Assembly (NCBI GenBank): GCA_038233215.1
Contig: JBBSML010000005.1
Location: forward strand, 42,573 to 106,572
Direction: 5' to 3'
From: Candidatus Limnocylindria bacterium
Lineage (GTDB): Bacteria; Chloroflexota; Limnocylindria; QHBO01
DNA length: 64,000 bases
Below the pieces are notes generated by a model. It made no database searches, had not been told where the DNA came from, and saw only the letters and a program-made list of their open reading frames with translations. Position 1 is the stretch's first letter, and every line of letters starts with the position of its first letter. The position numbers were made by a program, and so were the translations under genes. Shown here in pieces: positions 28,937 to 39,141 of this stretch.

Positions 28937-28976
28937 GCTTGGAAGGCTGCCGCTCTGCCAACTGAGCTACTCCCGC
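28937..28976 (-). repeat. 40-bp perfect direct repeat of the 5' half of tRNA-Gly(UCC) (nt 1-40); truncated tRNA copy
   Basis: Identical to 27387-27426. Flanks on both sides are unrelated. Confidence 0.8.
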
Positions 28977-29109
28977 AGTACGTGCGCGCCCTGCGACGAC
29001 CACACGGCTCGTGCATGGTACGCCGTGCAGGTCGCTCGTGCTGAACCGATGATCTAGGCGTGAACGACGAAGCGTTGTAGTCTCAACCGAACCCCGCTCA
29101 ACGGAGCCC

Positions 29110-29949
29110 TTGACCGTGACCTCCACCATCCCAGCGACGCATCAGGAAATCGCATCTGACCTCGAGAGCCTGGAGCGCGACGGCATCACCGCACGCCGCC
29201 AGGCGTTCAGCCTGGAGTGGGCCGATCAGATGCGCGAGGACATGATGACTGCCTTCTGGGCGGCCATCCAGCGTCCTGGCGGCAGCATCGGGCGCGGGCC
29301 AAGACGCTGGTACGTCGAGGTCCATCCCCAGCAGATCAGCGGATTCGTTGACCTCGTCTCCCATCCGTGGGTGACCGCGATGTCGGAGGCGGTGCTCGGT
29401 CCTGAGTACCAGATCGTCGAGATCGGCTTCGACGTCCCGTTCCAGGGCGCCATGAACCAGCCCTGGCACCGTGACTTTCCCTCGCCACCGGACACGTATG
29501 CGGATCGGAGGATCACGTCACTGGCGTTCAATCTGACCGGCGTGGACGTGACCGAAGACATGGGACCATTCGAGATCGCGGTGGGCACGCAATGGGACGA
29601 CGGGCGCGCATGGAAGCACGAGATGTTCCCGCCGTCGGAGCTCTGGCCTCGATACGCGGACGTCGGCGTCCGCAAGTTTCCGCAACATGGTGATATTTCG
29701 TGCCGCTCCGCGCTCACCATTCACCGCGGCACGGCCCACGGGTCACCTGTCGCGCGTCCGGTGCTCGTCCTGGGGGTCGACGCGCCGGGTGCCGGCCATT
29801 CGGAGCTTCATGATCCGATGGTGACGCAGGACTACTTCGATGCCCTTCCGCCCGCGGTGAGGGAGCACCTGGCCTGCCGGGTCGTTGACGAGCTCGTGCC
29901 GATCAGCCAGAAGCACGACATCGAGGGCCTCGAGATGGGGGAGGAGTAA
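29110..29949 (+). CDS. Phytanoyl-CoA dioxygenase (PhyH) family Fe(II)/2-oxoglutarate oxygenase
   Basis: HxD (WHRDF) and the distal His (TIHRGTAH). The TTG/GTG start is uncertain. Confidence 0.55.
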   Translation: MTVTSTIPATHQEIASDLESLERDGITARRQAFSLEWADQMREDMMTAFWAAIQRPGGSIGRGPRRWYVEVHPQQISGFVDLVSHPWVTAMSEAVLGPEYQIVEIGFDVPFQGAMNQPWHRDFPSPPDTYADRRITSLAFNLTGVDVTEDMGPFEIAVGTQWDDGRAWKHEMFPPSELWPRYADVGVRKFPQHGDISCRSALTIHRGTAHGSPVARPVLVLGVDAPGAGHSELHDPMVTQDYFDALPPAVREHLACRVVDELVPISQKHDIEGLEMGEE

Positions 29950-29958
29950 GCACGCGGC

Positions 29959-31227
29959 TTACCACAACGGGACTTCTTCAGCCACTGGCGCCAGTGCTCC
30001 CACGGTTTCCCCGATAGGACGAGCGGTCAACGCGGTCCATGCGGCAAGCGTTGCCGTCGGAATGCGTTCGAGCCGACCGCCCTCCCATCGGAGCGCATAG
30101 AGGCCGGTTGGGTCGATCTCGTAATTCTTGCGACGAAGGCCGGTCCCCCAATCTACCTGGTCGATCAGCCCCCACCAGGTGATGCCGATCACCGGGACGC
30201 CCTCGGTTCGTACCGTTCGAATTTCGTCCACGAGCCGATTCAGCCACGCGATCTTGCGCGCGTCGTCGCCGGGTGCTCCCGTCTCCGCAAAGAGGAGGGG
30301 CCGGCCGAAGCGGGAATGATATTGGCGAGCAAGCTCCGCCGGTCCCTTCTGCTGCTCCAATGGCTGCGGCTCGTCGACGATCTCCCCACGATCGCCGATG
30401 CGGTACGAATGTTCGGAATGGGGATAGTGGTCGAGTCCCACGATATCCAGGGGCGCCGGATGCTCCTGGAACCACCAAAGGTCGTGCTCGGGCATGCCGT
30501 GTTCGAGCAGGTAACCCCGGAGCGGGTGGTCGTCGCCCAGGCGGCCGCCGTAGAGATCGTGCATGAGGAATCGCCGCTCGTTCATGAACGCGGCGTGCTC
30601 CCGGGTCCGCTCGTCGAGGGCATGGTGGTATTCGCACGTATCGCTGACCATCATCCGGGCATCCGGGCGCTCACGGACGATCTCGTGCCATCCCTCGCAG
30701 AGTCCGCGCGCGACGTTGCGCATCGCCTGCACGAATGACGTCGTGCTCTGTCCATACGGGAACCAGGCGCCGGTCTCGCCGCCGAACTGCGCCATGATGT
30801 ATGGCTCGTTGGTGGGGGTGTACCAGCGCACCCAGGGGTAGCGCCGCGCGAACTCGCGGCAGAGCTCGGCCTGGAAGTCGGGGAAGATGGACGTGAGGAC
30901 GCCGGTGCCCAGCCAATCGGGCACGCCGAAATGGAACAGGTCCACCACCGGTTCCATTCCGAGATGTCGCATCAGCTCCATCGGGCCATCCACGCTGGAC
31001 CAATCCCATTCGTGGGGCCGCGGATTGACGACGTGCCAGCGGATCCCGTACCGCAAGACCCGGCAACCGGCGTCCCGCGCGCGGACGATATCGGAGCCCC
31101 AGAAGCGGTCATGCTGCGTCAGGAGCAGCTCGTCCATGCCTGTCTGGGGGAAGGTCGAGCACTCAAAGCCGGTCATCCACTCGAAATCAGAGCCGATGGC
31201 GCGCTCTGACGCATTCGCCTCGATCAT
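29959..31227 (-). CDS. Clan GH-A TIM-barrel glycoside hydrolase (GH1-like)
   Basis: Acid/base TNEP and nucleophile ETG motifs. Confidence 0.5.
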   Translation of the reverse strand: MIEANASERAIGSDFEWMTGFECSTFPQTGMDELLLTQHDRFWGSDIVRARDAGCRVLRYGIRWHVVNPRPHEWDWSSVDGPMELMRHLGMEPVVDLFHFGVPDWLGTGVLTSIFPDFQAELCREFARRYPWVRWYTPTNEPYIMAQFGGETGAWFPYGQSTTSFVQAMRNVARGLCEGWHEIVRERPDARMMVSDTCEYHHALDERTREHAAFMNERRFLMHDLYGGRLGDDHPLRGYLLEHGMPEHDLWWFQEHPAPLDIVGLDHYPHSEHSYRIGDRGEIVDEPQPLEQQKGPAELARQYHSRFGRPLLFAETGAPGDDARKIAWLNRLVDEIRTVRTEGVPVIGITWWGLIDQVDWGTGLRRKNYEIDPTGLYALRWEGGRLERIPTATLAAWTALTARPIGETVGALAPVAEEVPLW

Positions 31228-31343
31228 TCAGCGTCGCCTCACGGTGTTTCATCCAACGGTCCCGCAGCATGACACGGCGAACCCTCCCCGCGACGCAGCG
31301 CCCATCGCTCCCCACCAGGGTAGGGCGTGGGTCCGGCGCCGTG

Positions 31344-31640
31344 CTACTCGATGTCGATCTTCTCGTGCGGACGGCCGGCGGCTTCTGCCTCCTGCGCATC
31401 CAGCCGCGCGATCCACTTGTCGAGGTAGACGCGAGCGGCCATGAGCTGCTCGCGGCCGGCGACCTTCAGGTGCTTGCGGGCCTCATCGGGGAAGATCGTG
31501 TGCATGCCGGCCCAGAAGGCAGCCTCGAGCCCTGAGCGGCCCTCTTCGGTCGGCGTCGGGGGAACGCGCGCCTCGAGATCGGCGAGGCGCGCCTCGAGAT
31601 CGGCGTTGCGGTCGTCGGTGGGTGGGGTCTGGTCGGTCAT
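31344..31640 (-). CDS. Small coiled-coil protein (98 aa)
   Basis: GAAGGAGCA Shine-Dalgarno before the ATG. Lies 12 nt downstream of the arsA-family gene stop. Confidence 0.4.
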   Translation of the reverse strand: MTDQTPPTDDRNADLEARLADLEARVPPTPTEEGRSGLEAAFWAGMHTIFPDEARKHLKVAGREQLMAARVYLDKWIARLDAQEAEAAGRPHEKIDIE

Positions 31641-31651
31641 CGGGTGCTCCT

Positions 31652-32827
31652 TCAGCGGGCCGGAGTGCCAAATCGAATCTTGAGCGTGCCATCTTCGAAG
31701 CTCGCTCCCTCGGTGGGGGCATCGACGAGGATACGCGGGAGGACGATCGTGCGGCGCCATGTGCCGAGATCGATGACCAGCTCATCGGCGTGACGCGAGA
31801 GGTCGATCTGGTCCTTGTCCGTGAACGGCAGGTCAACCGATACGACGTAGGCTCCGTTTCCATCCCGGGTCACGGAGTACGGGCGCCCTCGGTAGAAGAA
31901 CTGGGTCGGATCCTCTGAGCCGTAGAGCGCAACCGCCAGCTCGCGCAGGAGGTCGATCCCGACGAGCTCGCGGTCGAAGAAGGGGGCCTGCTTCACGGGG
32001 ATCGGGTGAAACATCTTGTCGACGAGGGGGCCATAGCGCTGCTGCGCCTCGTACCAGCCGCGGAAGTACGGGCCCACGGAATCGGGGAGGACGCGGTTTG
32101 CGACCACCAGGTCAGTCGGGTAGTTGTAGAGGTGGAAGTAGGTGAAGGAGCGCTGGGCCTCCTTGATCACCACCTGCTCCAGGGTGAGGACGACACGGAC
32201 CGATGTCTTGTCGTGGTCGGTCAGCAGGGCGTGCATGTGCTCGAGCCTTCCGAGCAGCTCCTCGCCGGCATTGAAGACGTCGTCGCTCGGCATCGGCATG
32301 CCGACCATGCGCTGGATGAGGGGCCCGGTGAGCTTTGAGATCTTGCGACCGATCGGCGCAACCTTCTCCACCCACCATTTGGCCGCCTCCGGCAGCGAGA
32401 GGAGCCTGAGGGTTTCTCCGGTGGGTGCGGCGTCCACGACGACCACGTCGTAGTTGCCCGAGTCGTGATGATCGGCGATCCACAGCAGCGACCCGACCTC
32501 GTCCATGCCGGGCAGGACCGTCATCTCCTCGGCCATGACCTCGTCCAGGCCCCGCCAGCGCAGGACCGATGCGGCGTACTCCTGCACCCGGCCCCAGTAG
32601 CGCGCCACGTTGAAGAAGACGTCCGATTCCTGCGCCCACAGGTTCGGGACGATCTCGACTGGCGTCGGGCCAAGCTCGCGATTGAACGCGTCGCCGAGGC
32701 TGTGGGCGATGTCGGTCGACATCACGATCGTTCGATATCCGCGATCGGCGCATGCCAGCGCCGTGGCGGCGGCGACGCTCGTCTTGCCGACGCCGCCCTT
32801 GCCCGTGTACACGAGGATGCGGGTCAA
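31652..32827 (-). CDS. ArsA/Get3-family anion-transporting ATPase-like protein
   Basis: Deviant Walker A GKGGVGKTS. Single ATPase domain, 391 aa. Confidence 0.8.
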   Translation of the reverse strand: MTRILVYTGKGGVGKTSVAAATALACADRGYRTIVMSTDIAHSLGDAFNRELGPTPVEIVPNLWAQESDVFFNVARYWGRVQEYAASVLRWRGLDEVMAEEMTVLPGMDEVGSLLWIADHHDSGNYDVVVVDAAPTGETLRLLSLPEAAKWWVEKVAPIGRKISKLTGPLIQRMVGMPMPSDDVFNAGEELLGRLEHMHALLTDHDKTSVRVVLTLEQVVIKEAQRSFTYFHLYNYPTDLVVANRVLPDSVGPYFRGWYEAQQRYGPLVDKMFHPIPVKQAPFFDRELVGIDLLRELAVALYGSEDPTQFFYRGRPYSVTRDGNGAYVVSVDLPFTDKDQIDLSRHADELVIDLGTWRRTIVLPRILVDAPTEGASFEDGTLKIRFGTPAR

Positions 32828-34863
32828 GGCTCGATTCTAGTGGAAGGCCCCGCGGCCGCATGGTCATCCGTGGAGCGACCGCTCCCGCCATCGCCGCGAC
32901 CGTCCTCGCCGGTCACTGGCCGAGCGGCCTCCTGTGGCGATAGGGGATCGGCCTGCACGCGCGGAGGTTCCCGCTCCGCATGAATGAGGTGCATCACCGC
33001 GTTGATGAGCGCCAGATGGGTGAATGCCTGCGGGAAGTTGCCGAGGTGGCGGCCGGTGTCGGGATCCAGCTCCTCGCCATACAGGCCGAGCGAGCTCGCG
33101 TACGAGAGCAGCTTCTCGCACAGGCGGCGAGCGCGCCGCACCTCGCCGATCTCGACCAGCGCGGAGACGAGCCAGAACGAGCAGATCGTGAACGTGGCCT
33201 CTGCGCCGGAGAGGCCGTCATCGGTCTGGTCGGTGCGGTACCGCAGGACCAGGCCGTCATCCGTCAACTCATTCGCGATGGCGAGGACGGTTCGCCGGAC
33301 GCGTTCATCATCGGGCGGCAGGAAGCGAACCAGTGGCATGAGTAGCAGCGAAGCATCGAGCGCCTCGGTCTCGTAGTGCTGCGTGAACACGCCGCGACTG
33401 TCCACCCCGTTGGCGCAGACGTCGGCATGGATCTCGTCGGCCGCCGCCTGCCATCTTCGCGCGGCCTCGTCCTCTTTTCGGATCCGCGCGAGGCGAGCTC
33501 CGCGATCGGCGGCCACCCAGCACATCATCTTCGAGCTCGTGAAATGCTTCGGATCGCCCCGGACCTCCCAGATGCCGCGGTCGGGGTTGCGCCAGTTCGC
33601 CAGGGCGGCCTCGACCTGGCGAACCATGATCGGCCAGATTCGCTCGTCAAGCCGATCGCGCGACTTCGTGTGCAGGTAGACCGAGTCGAGGACTGCGCCC
33701 CACATGTCGTGCTGGCGCTGCCCGTAGGCCGCGTTTCCGATGCGGACCGGCTTCGCGCCTTCGTACCCGTCCAGGTGTTCGAGGATCTGCTCGGGAAGCG
33801 CGCGCTCGCCGTCGACGCCGTACATGATCTGGAGCTCGTTATCGCGCTCAGCGACATCGGCGATGAAGGCGAGGTAGTCATCCGCCTCCCAATCAAAACC
33901 CAGGGTGTACAGGCCCCAGAGAGCGAAGGTCGAGTCTCGGATCCAGCTGTAGCGGTAGTCCCAGTTGCGCTCTCCGCCGGGCGTTTCGGGCAGTGAGGTG
34001 GTCGGCGCAGCCACCACCGCTCCGCTTGGCGCATACGTCAGCCCCTTCAGCGTCAGCGCCGATCGCTCGAGATAGGAGCGCCATGGATGGTCGGGGAACG
34101 TGCCCCGGGCCAGCCAGTGCTGCCAGTGGTGCGCGGTCCAGACCAGCTGCGCGTAGGCCTCGTCATACGTCGTCGGTGCTGCGGCCCCGTTCCAGGAGAG
34201 GGCGCAGAAGCGGGTCTCGCCCTCCTTGATCAACGTCCGCGCTTCCGCGCGTGGGCCCTCGAAGCCGATATTCATGTCGCTTGTCAGCACCAGCTCGATA
34301 TTGCTCTCCTCGGAGCGGCATGCCCCCTGGCCATAGCCCTCATCGGTGTAGCGCCATGTCCCGTAGTGGCGGCCGTAGTCGAAGACAGGTTCACAATCGA
34401 GGGTCAGTTGCATCTCGCCTGTCACGCAGCGGACCGTGCGCAGCAGGACGTGGCTCGTGTCGTAGTCGGTCGGTGGACGACGCTGGATCCTGCTTCGCGC
34501 GTTCTCATGTCGCCAGGGGCCGATGAGCATCACGTCGCGGACGATGATCCAGCCGCTCGGCGAACCCCAGCTCGTCTCAAGCACCATGGTGCCGGGCAGG
34601 TAGCGCCGCGCCGCGGGGACCTGGATGTCGGAGGGGCCGAAGCGGAAACCGCCGGCGTCGCGGTCCAGGATGGAGCCGAACACGCTGGGCGAATCGATGC
34701 GCGGGAGGCAGAGCCACTCGATGTTGCCGCTGGGCGCCACGAGGGCGGTTGTCTCGCAATCCGACAGAAAGCCGTACTCGCCGATGGGCGGAAATGGCGA
34801 TCCGATGAATGCGGCGCCAGCCGCCGAGCGCCCGTGGTCGTCACCGTGTCCGTTGGTCGACAA
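32824..34863 (-). CDS. Glycoside hydrolase family 15 (glucoamylase/trehalase-like)
   Basis: The N-terminus GEYGFLSDCETTALVAPSGNIEWLCLPRIDSPSVFGSILD is typical of actinobacterial GH15 trehalases. 4-nt overlap with the ATPase gene. Confidence 0.85.
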   Translation of the reverse strand: MSTNGHGDDHGRSAAGAAFIGSPFPPIGEYGFLSDCETTALVAPSGNIEWLCLPRIDSPSVFGSILDRDAGGFRFGPSDIQVPAARRYLPGTMVLETSWGSPSGWIIVRDVMLIGPWRHENARSRIQRRPPTDYDTSHVLLRTVRCVTGEMQLTLDCEPVFDYGRHYGTWRYTDEGYGQGACRSEESNIELVLTSDMNIGFEGPRAEARTLIKEGETRFCALSWNGAAAPTTYDEAYAQLVWTAHHWQHWLARGTFPDHPWRSYLERSALTLKGLTYAPSGAVVAAPTTSLPETPGGERNWDYRYSWIRDSTFALWGLYTLGFDWEADDYLAFIADVAERDNELQIMYGVDGERALPEQILEHLDGYEGAKPVRIGNAAYGQRQHDMWGAVLDSVYLHTKSRDRLDERIWPIMVRQVEAALANWRNPDRGIWEVRGDPKHFTSSKMMCWVAADRGARLARIRKEDEAARRWQAAADEIHADVCANGVDSRGVFTQHYETEALDASLLLMPLVRFLPPDDERVRRTVLAIANELTDDGLVLRYRTDQTDDGLSGAEATFTICSFWLVSALVEIGEVRRARRLCEKLLSYASSLGLYGEELDPDTGRHLGNFPQAFTHLALINAVMHLIHAEREPPRVQADPLSPQEAARPVTGEDGRGDGGSGRSTDDHAAAGPSTRIEP

Positions 34864-34899
34864 TCCTTCTCTCCCGCGTTGGGCGACAGCGCCCCTGAG

Positions 34900-35778
34900 C
34901 TAGATATCGGCGTCGAAGGTGTCGCAGTCCGCCGCCGATTGCTGCTCGAAGCCGGTCGTGAACCATTCCTGGCGTTGCACCGCCGACCCGTGTGTCCAGG
35001 ATTCCTCGTTCACCTGGCCCTGGGTCTGCTCCTGGATGCGATCGTCGCCGATGACCCCCGCGGCGTCGAGCGCCTGGTTGATCTGCTCCCGCGTGATGGG
35101 CTGGAGGAAGCCGGTGTCCACCGCGTTGCCACCCCATACGCCGGCGAAACAATCTGCCTGGAGTTCCGTGCGCACCGCGCCGCCCTCGGCGCCGGCATCG
35201 CGTCCGGCATCGAGCAGGCCGAGGAGGTTCTGGATGTGATGGCCGTACTCATGCGCGAGGACGTACTCCTCCGCGAATTCACCGCCCTCCGCACCGAACT
35301 GCGACTCGAGCTGGTCGAAGAACCCGAGGTCGATGTAGATGGTCTGGTCAACCGGGCAGTAGAACGGTCCGACCGCGCTCGTGGCGCCACCACATTGGGT
35401 GTCCACCTGACCGTCGAAGAGCACCGTCCCGGGCTCGGCGAACTGCTGGTCGGAGGAGGTGAATGCCTCGGTCCAGTACGTCCGCAGGCTATTGACGGTA
35501 CCGACGATCCGGCAATCCTGGCGCTCGTTGGCATCCGCCCCGGTCTGACATTCCGATGCCAGCTCGCTGGAGACTGGTCCGGACCCCGGCTGACCGCCAC
35601 CGAGGCCCCCGGCCAGATCGCCGAGATTGCCGCCGAACAGGATGACCACCGCCAGGAGTACGAGGCTTCCCAGCCCGCCCCCGACGGCGATTCCGCCACC
35701 GCGCACGCGCCCGCCACCTCCGCCGCGCCGATCCTGCACCTGACCAGGATCGAGCTTGACATCAGGGCGAAAGGTCAT
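34900..35778 (-). CDS. YpfJ-family neutral zinc metallopeptidase with a Gly-rich N-terminal membrane segment
   Basis: HEYGHH zinc motif. Start at MTFRPD. Confidence 0.75.
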   Translation of the reverse strand: MTFRPDVKLDPGQVQDRRGGGGGRVRGGGIAVGGGLGSLVLLAVVILFGGNLGDLAGGLGGGQPGSGPVSSELASECQTGADANERQDCRIVGTVNSLRTYWTEAFTSSDQQFAEPGTVLFDGQVDTQCGGATSAVGPFYCPVDQTIYIDLGFFDQLESQFGAEGGEFAEEYVLAHEYGHHIQNLLGLLDAGRDAGAEGGAVRTELQADCFAGVWGGNAVDTGFLQPITREQINQALDAAGVIGDDRIQEQTQGQVNEESWTHGSAVQRQEWFTTGFEQQSAADCDTFDADI

Positions 35779-35879
35779 GGCCTCGTTTCTCCGTGTGCAC
35801 GTCAACAGTTGCGCTGGGCACGCATGGCCGAAGCATAGCGCGCAGCGTGCCAACCGGACCCGGACGGGACTTCCGGGGT

Positions 35880-38009
35880 ATGGCCGCCTCGGCCGGTGCG
35901 GAGCACGATCGCCGGGACATGCCACCTGACGCCACGACGCATGCACGCTCGTCAATCGGCCGCGTACTTGATCCGTGGCGGGTTGCCCCTCCCTGGGCGC
36001 GCATCGGCGACGACCCCTATCTGTTCTACACCGCCACGCTCGTGCCGATCGTCCTGCTCGTGGCGGCGGTCGGGCAGCGAACGGGAGATCTGGCGATGGG
36101 CATCCTGCTGAGCAGCCTTGCCATTGCCGTCCAGGCCCTCCTCGGGTACCTGGGCAAGCGTCATCGCCTGGCTGCCAAGTTGGGATGGCAGCTGCTCCGT
36201 CTCCTTCCGCCCCTGGCCTTTGTGGCAGTCGCGTCGCGCATGATCGGCGGCCCATCGCTGCCACTGGTTTCGCTCTACATCCCGATCGTCGCCGGCGCGG
36301 CGGCCGCCGGGCGCGCCCAGGGATCGGTTGCAGCGGGCCTCGCGGCGGCCGTTCTGCTGAGTCCGGAGCTGACAACGCTGGGCCCGACCAATGAGATTGC
36401 GGTGCGAGGCGTGGCGCTCGCCGGAGTGACGCTCGTCCTCGCATACAGCACGCGTCGCATCGTTCGCGCCCTCGAGAATGCGCTGACCGCATCGCGCTCG
36501 GCGGTCAAGGTGGAGCGCCGTCGGGCACACCAGATCTCGGCTCTCGAGGCGGTCGGGCGTCTGCTTGCCGCTGAGGGGCTGACCGGCGAGGCGCTCGAGC
36601 GGATCGTGGATGTGATCGTCAGCCGTTTCAACTACCAGTATGTCTCCGTCTACCTCGGCGACGCCGAGCGCGTGCAACTGGTCGCGCAGCATGGATACGT
36701 GGACCCGCTCGACTCCTTCGATGCGTTGACCGGAATTGCGGGACGCGTGATGCGCACCCGCGAAGTCGCGTTCGTGCCCGACGTGGCATCCGATCCGGAC
36801 TACGTTCCGGGTACCCACACGCCCACCAGCCTCATCTGCGCCCCGCTCATCGTCGATGGTCGGTTCCTCGGGATCCTGAGCGTGGACTCGACGCGCGCGC
36901 GCCTCCTCGACGAAACCGACCGCAGCCTCGTCGTGCTCATGGCCACGCGGATCGCTGCGGCGGTAGCCCTCGGACAGGACCGGCAGGCGCTCGCCGCGCG
37001 CGCCGAACTCTTCCGGGATGTCGAGGCCTTCGGGCGCGAGGTCAGCAGCAGTCTGTCAGTCGAGCCCCTGGCTGAGATGGTCATCGAGGCGATCGGACGA
37101 GTGGTCGTCGCCGATACGCTTGCCGTGACGCTCCTGAACCGGCCGGATGGTCGTTATCTCGTGCGAGCGACACGAGGAATACCCGAATCCGCCATCGGGC
37201 GCGAGATCCAGCTGGGAGAAGGACTTGCGGGTCGGGCGATTCGGGATCGAGCCACCGTGGTCGACCACACGATCGGCGTGGATCGGGTGCCCCGGTCCGT
37301 CCGGGACCTGGATATCCCCCCATTGACCCAGGGCGTCGGCCTCCCGCTCATTCGGGATGGCGTGGTCATCGGCGCACTCACCATCGGCCGAACGTCGGTC
37401 GCAGCCCGCTTCAGCGACCTCGAGATCGAGGGCCTTCAGCTGCTGGCCATCAGCGCGGCGCTGGCGGTGGCGAACGCGTTCCTGCACGCGGACGTGGGGG
37501 AGCTCGCCATTCGCGACCCGTTGACGGGCCTCTACAACCGTCGCTACTTCGACGAGACTCTGCAACGGATGATGGCGGCGCATCGGCGTGAGCGGCTGGC
37601 CGGCTGGCGGCCGCTGAGTGCCATCGTCTTCGACCTCGATCGCTTCGGCGCCTTCAACAAGGAGCACGGACACCAGGTCGGCGATCAGGTGCTGGTGGCC
37701 TTTGCCAATACGCTCGCCGCACGGTTCCGTGCAGGTGACCTCGTAGCTCGCCTGGGCGGTGAGGAGTTCATCGTCGTGCTCGACGACGCGAACCTGGAGG
37801 AGGCCGTCGCCGCCGCCGACGAGGTCCGCGGCCTGCTCGCCGCTCACAGCATCCGTGCCGAGGGCGGCACGGAGCTGCGAGTGACAGTCTCGGCCGGATG
37901 TGCTGCCCTGGATCCCAGCGACGCGACGAAGGAGTCGCTCCTGCGGACCGCGGACGTCGCCCTCTTCATGGCCAAGCGCGCCGGACGCGATCGGGTCGTG
38001 GCCGCCTAG
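35880..38009 (+). CDS. Membrane-anchored GAF-GAF-GGDEF diguanylate cyclase
   Basis: N-terminal TM region, two GAF-like segments, a C-terminal GGEEF active site, and RxxD I-site context. The start codon is uncertain (35880 or 35919). Confidence 0.8.
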   Translation: MAASAGAEHDRRDMPPDATTHARSSIGRVLDPWRVAPPWARIGDDPYLFYTATLVPIVLLVAAVGQRTGDLAMGILLSSLAIAVQALLGYLGKRHRLAAKLGWQLLRLLPPLAFVAVASRMIGGPSLPLVSLYIPIVAGAAAAGRAQGSVAAGLAAAVLLSPELTTLGPTNEIAVRGVALAGVTLVLAYSTRRIVRALENALTASRSAVKVERRRAHQISALEAVGRLLAAEGLTGEALERIVDVIVSRFNYQYVSVYLGDAERVQLVAQHGYVDPLDSFDALTGIAGRVMRTREVAFVPDVASDPDYVPGTHTPTSLICAPLIVDGRFLGILSVDSTRARLLDETDRSLVVLMATRIAAAVALGQDRQALAARAELFRDVEAFGREVSSSLSVEPLAEMVIEAIGRVVVADTLAVTLLNRPDGRYLVRATRGIPESAIGREIQLGEGLAGRAIRDRATVVDHTIGVDRVPRSVRDLDIPPLTQGVGLPLIRDGVVIGALTIGRTSVAARFSDLEIEGLQLLAISAALAVANAFLHADVGELAIRDPLTGLYNRRYFDETLQRMMAAHRRERLAGWRPLSAIVFDLDRFGAFNKEHGHQVGDQVLVAFANTLAARFRAGDLVARLGGEEFIVVLDDANLEEAVAAADEVRGLLAAHSIRAEGGTELRVTVSAGCAALDPSDATKESLLRTADVALFMAKRAGRDRVVAA

Positions 38010-39061
38010 GTCGTCGCTGGTGCGGACGAAAGGCGCGCCGCCAGCCAGCCGATCGCCTCGGGGTAGCGCCAATCGATGCCCGAGTGCGTTCCGTCGAACA
38101 GCTCGAAGTGAACCCGCTCATCTTCCACGCCAAGCGCCGCCAACTCACCGCGAAATGCGTCGGCGCCGAGGTCCAGGTAGAAGTCGTCGCTGCGTCCGGC
38201 GTCGATCCATACCGCTCGAAGTCCGCGCAGCGCATCGGCGTGAGCGGGCGCCATGCGAACCGGATCCCATGCCAGCCATCTGTTCCAGACCTCCGGGAGG
38301 AGGCGACCGGTCATCGGATCGAACGGGAGCTGCACGGTGCCGTCGGGATCGGCCGAGTAGCAGGCGGCCATGCACCACACGTTGAGCAGCACGCCATCCG
38401 CCCCCTTTGACCGCCCCGGGCGCGAGCGAACGTCGGCCCAGAACGCGTCGTACGAACCGTCATAGGTGTCGCGCAGCGCACGGGCCGCCTCGCGGAAATC
38501 GGCGAGGTAGCACGCCTCGAAGAGAGCGTCGCCGGCGTGCGTCACCAGGCCGCCGAACAGGTCCGGACGCAGCATCGGCGTGATCATGGCGCCGTAGCCA
38601 CCGCTGCTCTTGCCGGCAACGCCGCGATGGGGAGCAGCGGGCACCGTGCGGTACCGGGCGTCAACGAATGGCACCAGCTCATCGCACAGGTACGTGTGGT
38701 AGCGCCCGGTCGCCGCCGAGTCGAGGAACTGTGCGCCGCCCAGGCTGGTCCATGCGTCGATGAACACGACGATGGCCGGGGTAGACCCGTCGGCCGCGAA
38801 CCAGGTGTCGAGCGCCTCGGGCGTGGTGCGGCTGAACGCCTTGCGCGAGCGCCACATGTCCACCTGGCCGGTCAGCCCCTGGAGCAGATAGACCGATGGA
38901 TAGCGCCGATCAGGGTCTTCCTCGTAGCCGGGCGGCGTGTACACGTACAGCGGGCGCCGATGGGGGTCGCCGAGCGGGTTGCCGGTCAGCGCCTGCGAAT
39001 CAACGACGTGGTCATGGAGGCGACCCTGCCACGAATGTCCCCATGGCGGCGGCAGGTCCAT
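38006..39061 (-). CDS. Putative esterase (alpha/beta hydrolase, esterase D / enterochelin esterase-like)
   Basis: GKSSGGYGA nucleophile elbow. Start at MDLPPPW; the upstream extension is rejected. Confidence 0.65.
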   Translation of the reverse strand: MDLPPPWGHSWQGRLHDHVVDSQALTGNPLGDPHRRPLYVYTPPGYEEDPDRRYPSVYLLQGLTGQVDMWRSRKAFSRTTPEALDTWFAADGSTPAIVVFIDAWTSLGGAQFLDSAATGRYHTYLCDELVPFVDARYRTVPAAPHRGVAGKSSGGYGAMITPMLRPDLFGGLVTHAGDALFEACYLADFREAARALRDTYDGSYDAFWADVRSRPGRSKGADGVLLNVWCMAACYSADPDGTVQLPFDPMTGRLLPEVWNRWLAWDPVRMAPAHADALRGLRAVWIDAGRSDDFYLDLGADAFRGELAALGVEDERVHFELFDGTHSGIDWRYPEAIGWLAARLSSAPATT

Positions 39062-39141
39062 GCTTGTCACGATAGCAGGACGCGCAGCCGGGTCGTGTCG
39101 TCGCGTTCCGCCAACCAGGTTGGCGCAGCCGCCGCGGGTGC

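Noticed and set aside
34087-35838. 583-aa plus-strand ORF
   Set aside because: It is antisense to GH15 and the YpfJ peptidase.
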